DNA of 53,531 bases from Octopus sinensis (taxonomy: Eukaryota). Where the stretch lies: assembly GCF_006345805.1 (NCBI RefSeq), contig NW_021833867.1, forward strand, positions 1-53,531, written 5' to 3'. The stretch's first letter is position 1. Every line of letters starts with the position of its first letter. The notes beneath the pieces are model-generated. The model did not search any database. It was not told the DNA's origin and saw only the letters and a list, made by a program, of their open reading frames with translations. The translations under genes and the position numbers were made by a program. This document shows positions 49,730 to 53,531 of the stretch, in pieces.

Positions 49730-50130
49730 ACTAGCAGTATCGTCCGGCGTTGCTCGGGTTTGCAAGGGAAATAACTATATAAGCATTTTTAGAGAGTTAT
49801 AGCCAAAAAATAGCAAAAAAATTCTTTAAAAATGGAAAAAAAATGATGGTAAATTTTTTTTTTAATCGTTAACTCATCGTAGACATTTTTAGAGAGTTAC
49901 TTCCCTTATATAATAGCGAAAAAATGCATTAAAATGGAAAAAAATGATGGTAATTTTTTTTTTTTAATCGTAGACTCATCGTAGACGCGCGCTAAAACCC
50001 AGAAGGGCTCGATATGAATCACGACTATAAGATACCCGGTTTTGGTTACACTGCACCGCAAAATGTGGGAGTAGTTAGGAATCTAAATCGTAGGAGACAG
50101 GCACACAACTTCACTTTTGTATATAAAGAT
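49730..50130 (+). mobile_element. Non-autonomous Helitron/Helentron-like element, copy 2
   Basis: Same termini and body as 4018-4410. Confidence 0.75.
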
Positions 50131-50460
50131 ATGCGCTATAGCATCGCAAAAAAGACTCGGAAGCCTTGCGTGTGTCTACGACTTGCTAAAGATGTTTAGT
50201 GAGACGGAGAAACGTCCGGATGTAGCACCGTTCTGCTTATATCACTGATATTCTGTGAAGTGTTTCGTGTTATTTTGATAATTCATATATTTTAATTATG
50301 ATCTTTGAGTAGCCTCCCGTCTCAAACTTTAGATGAAATTTCGATTACGTTAAATTGGTCTGCCTTTCGCATCAATGATGATAGTAATCACAGACAGTAC
50401 ATGTAAGTTACATATTACGTGTTATGTATGTGTTTGCATGTGTGCGTGTGTGTGTACTTG

Positions 50461-50507
<47 letters not shown>

Positions 50508-51392
50508 ATGTGTGACCTATGGTAGACTAGCTTAATTTAATTTAATTAAGCTGGTCTATCATTAAAGACACTGAAACGATGCATCGTATAAAAGATGAAT
50601 TAGGGTAAATGTTTTTAAATTTTCACCTTATTTCCGAATTACACTACTTGGCGGTTGGAGTTATGGCTGCTCTTTCTGGTGGACGAATGGCCTGTTTAGG
50701 CCATTCCTAAATTGTTATATTTATACATATTTAGTCTTTGACTATTTTCTCTTTTCCATTAGGCCGCTGGTAGCGATAAATTTTTACTGAATTTTTTGCT
50801 ACCCTAAATTGATTAATATATATATATATATATATAATATCCCGGAAACAGCTGTATACACTCGAAAGCAAAAATACGAAAATGTAAACGAATATTTACA
50901 CAATTGAACGAGCTACCAGAAAAGTACTAATTACACTAATCAGGTTTTCCGATTTGATGAAGTCCTCATCTGTATTGACTATATAAATAATTCGTCAGTG
51001 GTTCGACGGAAGAGAAATACTCGAGTCCCATATACATGGAGAATAATAATATTAATACTTTTAACACTGAATATAAAACAATAGCAGGTAGAGGATGTGT
51101 GTGTGTATGTGGGCATGTGGGCGTGGTGTGTTCATGTAAGTTTGAGTGTGAGTGTGTGTATGTGTGTAGAAAGATAGCTATATAGATATAGCTATACTCA
51201 TACATATGTACATACATGCATACATTCATACATCCGTATAGATTTGACAGGAAAAAAAAACAAGATAAACAGTAATCAATGCTTGAGAATATATATATAA
51301 TTTTTTTTTCCTTCTTTCTTCAAATTTTCGTCCATTTCTCGCCGAGTGTTTTCCGTACACCTAGGGCAGAGAAGCTCATTGTATGCAAATTA

Positions 51393-51465
<73 letters not shown>

Positions 51466-51477
51466 CATCATCATCAT

Positions 51478-51620
51478 AGACGTCACACAGTCTATATCGT
51501 AAGCTTGTTGATTGAAGATGTATCTACCGGGTGTTTGTATTGATTGTCAAGTCACAACATGGACAGCACATTACACAATAACCGTGCAGTTTCAAGTAGT
51601 GCCGACGTTTTCAATACTAT
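51478..51620 (-). mobile_element. R4/Dong-like LINE 3' fragment D4
   Basis: IVLKTSALLETARLLCNVLSML* (stop at 51552), bracketed by (TAA)n and (TGA)n/(TAA)n. Confidence 0.6.
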
Positions 51621-51646
51621 TATAATTATTATTATTATTATCATTG

Positions 51647-51713
<67 letters not shown>

Positions 51714-51720
51714 CATTATT

Positions 51721-51899
51721 TTCTCTTTATCGCAGGTTTTGTTGGAGCTCCTGGAGTCTTGCATGCCTAGCGGGTTTACTACCTGCAGACTACGGTACTG
51801 TGCTATTCGTTCTTTTCAGCCATCCTGATTGTTCTGTCCGTGCCAAGGAGGCAAACCATTTGTAACGGTTCTACTAGACACTCTATTCCAATTTCCTGG
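51721..51899 (-). mobile_element. R4/Dong-like LINE 3' fragment D3
   Basis: QEIGIECLVEPLQMVCLLGTDRTIRMAEKNE* (stop at 51803), then a short 3' UTR and (TAA)n. Confidence 0.62.
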
Positions 51900-52229
51900 A
51901 TTTTGCTTTGTATTTGTACACGGTCGACTTGAAGTCTCACCTAGAGACCTCAAGAGACAACAATTTAGAAGTTCAAATTTGATGCTATGACTAGGGTGCC
52001 ATATTTTTGGTTTTGCACAGAATATTATTCTAGAGGATATCTGTGAAAACAAGACAATTAGAAATTTCTTTTAAAATAATTTGATTATAAGATGATTGTG
52101 TGACAGTAATGGGTGTTTGCTGTTATGTACATTTGAAAGTACTTTTTGCAATGTTTACTGATAAAAAAAAAGGTTGGGGATTACTTGGACAATATTTTAC
52201 GTAGGATATGAGCAGTTCCCATGAACACA

Positions 52230-52231
<2 letters not shown>
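51900..52231 (-). mobile_element. R4/Dong-like LINE 3' fragment D2
   Basis: IVFMGTAHILRKILSK* (stop at 52181) lies immediately after (TAA)n and is followed by a 3' UTR of about 280 bp. Confidence 0.7.
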
Positions 52232-52271
<40 letters not shown>

Positions 52272-52620
52272 GCCTTTGCACAGATTCTAACGCTGGAGAT
52301 GTATTACAATGTCAGCTGTTCACTACCAGTGAACTAAGGTAACGCCTCTCATTTTTCGAGCACCTTCCGGAGTATTCGAGCGGTTCCAAGCAGTGTTGTT
52401 TTCTGCAAGTGCTCCAGCCTTATTGCAGCCACTATTTGTTTCACGTACTTCTCGAGATCTTTGCTCACTATTCCCAGGGCTCCGATAATTATTGCTACTA
52501 CTGCTACCTTTTTCACCGACCAAAAATGTTTAACTTCCCAAGCTAACCTGTCATATCCTTCGACTTTTTTCTTTATCGCATACCTTGACAGCTGGGCATG
52601 CTATACCTATGATCCAGCAA
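52272..52620 (-). mobile_element. R4/Dong-like LINE 3' fragment D1 (restriction-like endonuclease C-terminus), embedded in (TAA)n
   Basis: Translation WIIGIACPAVKVCDKEK/VEGYDRLAWEVKHFWSVKKVAVAIIIGALGIVSKDLEKYVKQIVAAIRLEHLQKTTLLGTARILRKVLEK* (stop at 52349), a short 3' UTR, and (TAA)n on both sides. Confidence 0.85.
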
Positions 52621-52639
52621 AGTTTGTTATTGTTATTAC

Positions 52640-52779
<140 letters not shown>

Positions 52780-52935
52780 TTATCATTATTAACAGAAGTG
52801 ACCTAAGAAATGAGAGTTTCGTACATAGCGCTTTAAAAATACTGATGAGTACTCTCTGCGCGAAACTCTTAAGCCTTAGGTCAGTTTTGTAACATTCTGC
52901 TGATTAGACATATGCATACACACTCATACGCGCGT

Positions 52936-52981
<46 letters not shown>

Positions 52982-53531
52982 ACACACACACACACACACA
53001 CACCACACACACACACACACACACAAAGAGAGAGTGGGAGCTTGATAAGTGCATGCATAGATACACGCATACACACAAGCACACGGTAAAGGACACGGCA
53101 TCAACACCCATATGCATTAACATGTTATACAAAACAGATATATGCTTCCAGACTCACCATGCTTATATTTCTCTCGCTCTGTTTCATTCTGCACTTGTTT
53201 ACCGGCTGCTATATGTCAGTTACGTCTGTCATATCAAACTGCATCGTGCATTCAACAACGTGTGACGCTGTTACATGTCTCTATGTGTCTGTGTGTCAGT
53301 ACATCTATACATTTTGTCTATGTACAATATAGGTTGTAAAATTTTTCACGTGTAGGTACTTAACCGCAGGTCAGTTCTGACTCGCTATAATCATCTGCTT
53401 CTTAACTCCAGAAAGTGTTTGTAACTTTATCGTAATTAATGTTCAGTGCCATGGTAATTGTCGTAGTTCATGCTACGGCTTGTTGTTTTCTCCATCTTTT
53501 TCTTCTTCTTCTTCTTCTTCTTCTTCTTTCT

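Noticed and set aside
50930-50975. Minus-strand CAGATGAGG...GGAAAAC hammerhead relic
   Set aside because: It needs at least three repairs and has poor stems I and III; too degenerate to call.
51738-51870. Plus-strand exon after the strong acceptor ttttctctttatcgcag
   Set aside because: The segment is better explained as the minus-strand Dong-like 3' end D3; the pyrimidine tract is the complement of its A-rich tail.
52805-52880. CTGATGAG...CGAAAC hammerhead-like string
   Set aside because: Stem II has only 1-2 pairs and there is no NUH or stem I. The region is instead an imperfect inverted repeat (agagtttcg/cgaaactct).

Overview
This is eukaryotic, AT-rich, extremely repeat-dense intergenic or intronic DNA. 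The repeat content and microsatellite load strongly suggest an octopus (Octopus sp.) genome; this is inferred from the repeat families, not checked against a database. No host protein-coding gene, tRNA gene, rRNA gene or CRISPR array can be supported, and most ORFs in the track are microsatellite translations. Supported content: (i) a near full-length but dead CR1-like LINE at about 36000-40600 (-), with a CCCH-finger ORF1, APE and an RT missing its catalytic xADD segment; (ii) a gag-like LINE ORF1 relic at about 9975-10889 (-); (iii) two RTE-like RT relics; (iv) four different R4/Dong-like 3' ends stacked head-to-tail inside (TAA)n arrays at 51.4-52.8 kb; (v) dozens of copies of three tRNA-derived SINE families, here called A, B and C, including TSD-bounded multimers; (vi) Helitron/Helentron-like, mariner, hAT and piggyBac-like non-autonomous DNA elements; (vii) several hammerhead-ribozyme relics of the Penelope-like-element type, one with a large structured stem II. 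The most notable signals are the Dong landing pad, the 3' tail shared by SINE-B and the CR1 LINE, the multimeric SINE-A, and the hammerhead variants. Coordinates were read by eye; internal motifs are exact or within a few bases, and degenerate element ends may be off by tens of bases.
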